A program made the translations under genes and the position numbers. The notes beneath the pieces are model-generated. The model was not told where the DNA came from. It ran no database searches and saw only the letters and a list, made by a program, of their open reading frames with translations. From the NCBI GenBank assembly GCA_965231105.1, contig OZ246417.1, forward strand, positions 320,908-384,907: a stretch of DNA of 64,000 nucleotides, in the 5' to 3' direction. This stretch comes from an uncultured Candidatus Saccharibacteria bacterium. GTDB lineage: Bacteria > Patescibacteriota > Saccharimonadia > Saccharimonadales > JACDBH01. Below, piece after piece: positions 63,390 through 64,000 of the stretch (positions are counted from its first letter, which is position 1; every line of letters begins with the position of its first letter).

Positions 63390-63755
63390 TCAGTGTAGGA
63401 ACGTCACCGTTTTATTCGGTAGCTGAGCCCTTATATCATTTACTTCGCCCGGACTAATTGCTTCTTTAATTACTTTCCAGGCAGCATGAATCTGCTTTTT
63501 AGCACGTGTTTCGTCGACATGAAGGTTCTCCATAAACTGCTCTACCATGTCTTGGCGTGAGTTTTCAGGTGTTGGGTACACGGAAAGTGCAATATCTTGT
63601 AACTCTTGCGGCAACTGACTGGCAAAATCTTTCCGTTCACCTTCGGTAAGATGTACCGATAAACTTTCTACCATATGTTCAAGGGCGTCTTTTGACTCGC
63701 CGTCCGAGAATCCTGAATAAAGCTGCACCTTTTTAACGAGTTCTCGAAAGCCCAT
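63390..63755 (-). CDS. DUF2267 domain protein
   Basis: 121 aa. FRELVKKVQLYSGFSDGESKDALEHMVESLSVHLTEGERKDFASQLPQEL resembles DUF2267. Confidence 0.6.
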   Translation of the reverse strand: MGFRELVKKVQLYSGFSDGESKDALEHMVESLSVHLTEGERKDFASQLPQELQDIALSVYPTPENSRQDMVEQFMENLHVDETRAKKQIHAAWKVIKEAISPGEVNDIRAQLPNKTVTFLH

Positions 63756-63845
63756 AGAGCTGCCCTCACTTTCTGTCTTTCATTATTGCGCGCAATTGAA
63801 AAAGATCAGTGAAGATTCTCGCAGGCTAAAAACTTAGTACGTACT

Positions 63846-63998
63846 TTATTGGTCGCTGGAATCTTTCTTAAAGCTATTAAGGACGGTCTCGTAGCAGCCC
63901 TGGCATAAGTGGAACTTCTTTACTTCACTATCCTCGTTAGGAGGACTTAATAGGATTGCTCCAAATTCAGTCAGTTCCTGCTTACAGCTATCGCACAG
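63846..63998 (-). CDS. 3' end of a small zinc-ribbon-like protein (truncated by the window edge)
   Basis: My translation gives ...CDSCKQELTEFGAILLSPPNEDSEVKKFHLCQGCYETVLNSFKKDSSDQ*. It has two CxxC pairs and the frame is open to the window end. Confidence 0.35.
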   Translation of the reverse strand: MCDSCKQELTEFGAILLSPPNEDSEVKKFHLCQGCYETVLNSFKKDSSDQ

Positions 63999-64000
63999 TG

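Noticed and set aside
1-64000. Scanned intergenic regions longer than 60 nt for tRNA/rRNA/tmRNA/RNase P signatures (for example GGTTCGAATCC T-loops) and for transposase, integrase or phage genes.
   Set aside because: I found none by eye. This is a manual scan, so tRNAscan-SE, Infernal and ISfinder-type searches would be needed to be definitive.

Overview
This is a gene-dense 64 kb bacterial chromosomal window, coded mostly on the minus strand and using the standard code. TGA acts as a stop, for example in the ATGA overlaps at 2098-2101 and 35015-35018. Short intergenic spacers and many 1-4 nt start/stop overlaps indicate long operons.

Most of the content is housekeeping:
- Replication and repair: dnaE, uvrB, rmuC, rarA, ku, rnhB.
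- Translation: rplS, gatCAB, pheST, typA.
- Central carbon metabolism: a compact block of gap-rpiB-rpe-split tkt-fba-pfkB, plus galU, ppa and trxB.
- Metal homeostasis: a zur/ZIP divergent pair.

I saw no rRNA, tRNA, CRISPR array, transposase or integrase. The gene content (split transketolase, many small membrane proteins, an LPXTG surface protein, a type IV pilus-type ATPase, few biosynthetic genes) fits a reduced monoderm genome such as CPR/Patescibacteria, possibly Saccharibacteria-like. That placement is inference only.

The stand-out region is 54537-61975. It holds two tandem paralogous gene pairs. Each pair encodes a ~965 aa secreted multidomain protein ending in a clear duplicated dockerin motif. 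A small signal-peptide protein follows directly, carrying a cohesin-like beta module and a C-terminal TM anchor. I read this as a minimal membrane-anchored cohesin-dockerin display cassette. A GT4 glycosyltransferase and a GH13 alpha-glucosidase follow on the same strand.

Secondary observations:
- A promoter-structured RNA-terminator unit at 42247-42362.
- A recurrent AAGCATAAGC motif in 5' regions.
- Terminator hairpins whose 3' arm carries the next gene's SD.
- Membrane proteins translationally spliced into the gatCAB and pheST operons.
- Several small unannotated ORFs.
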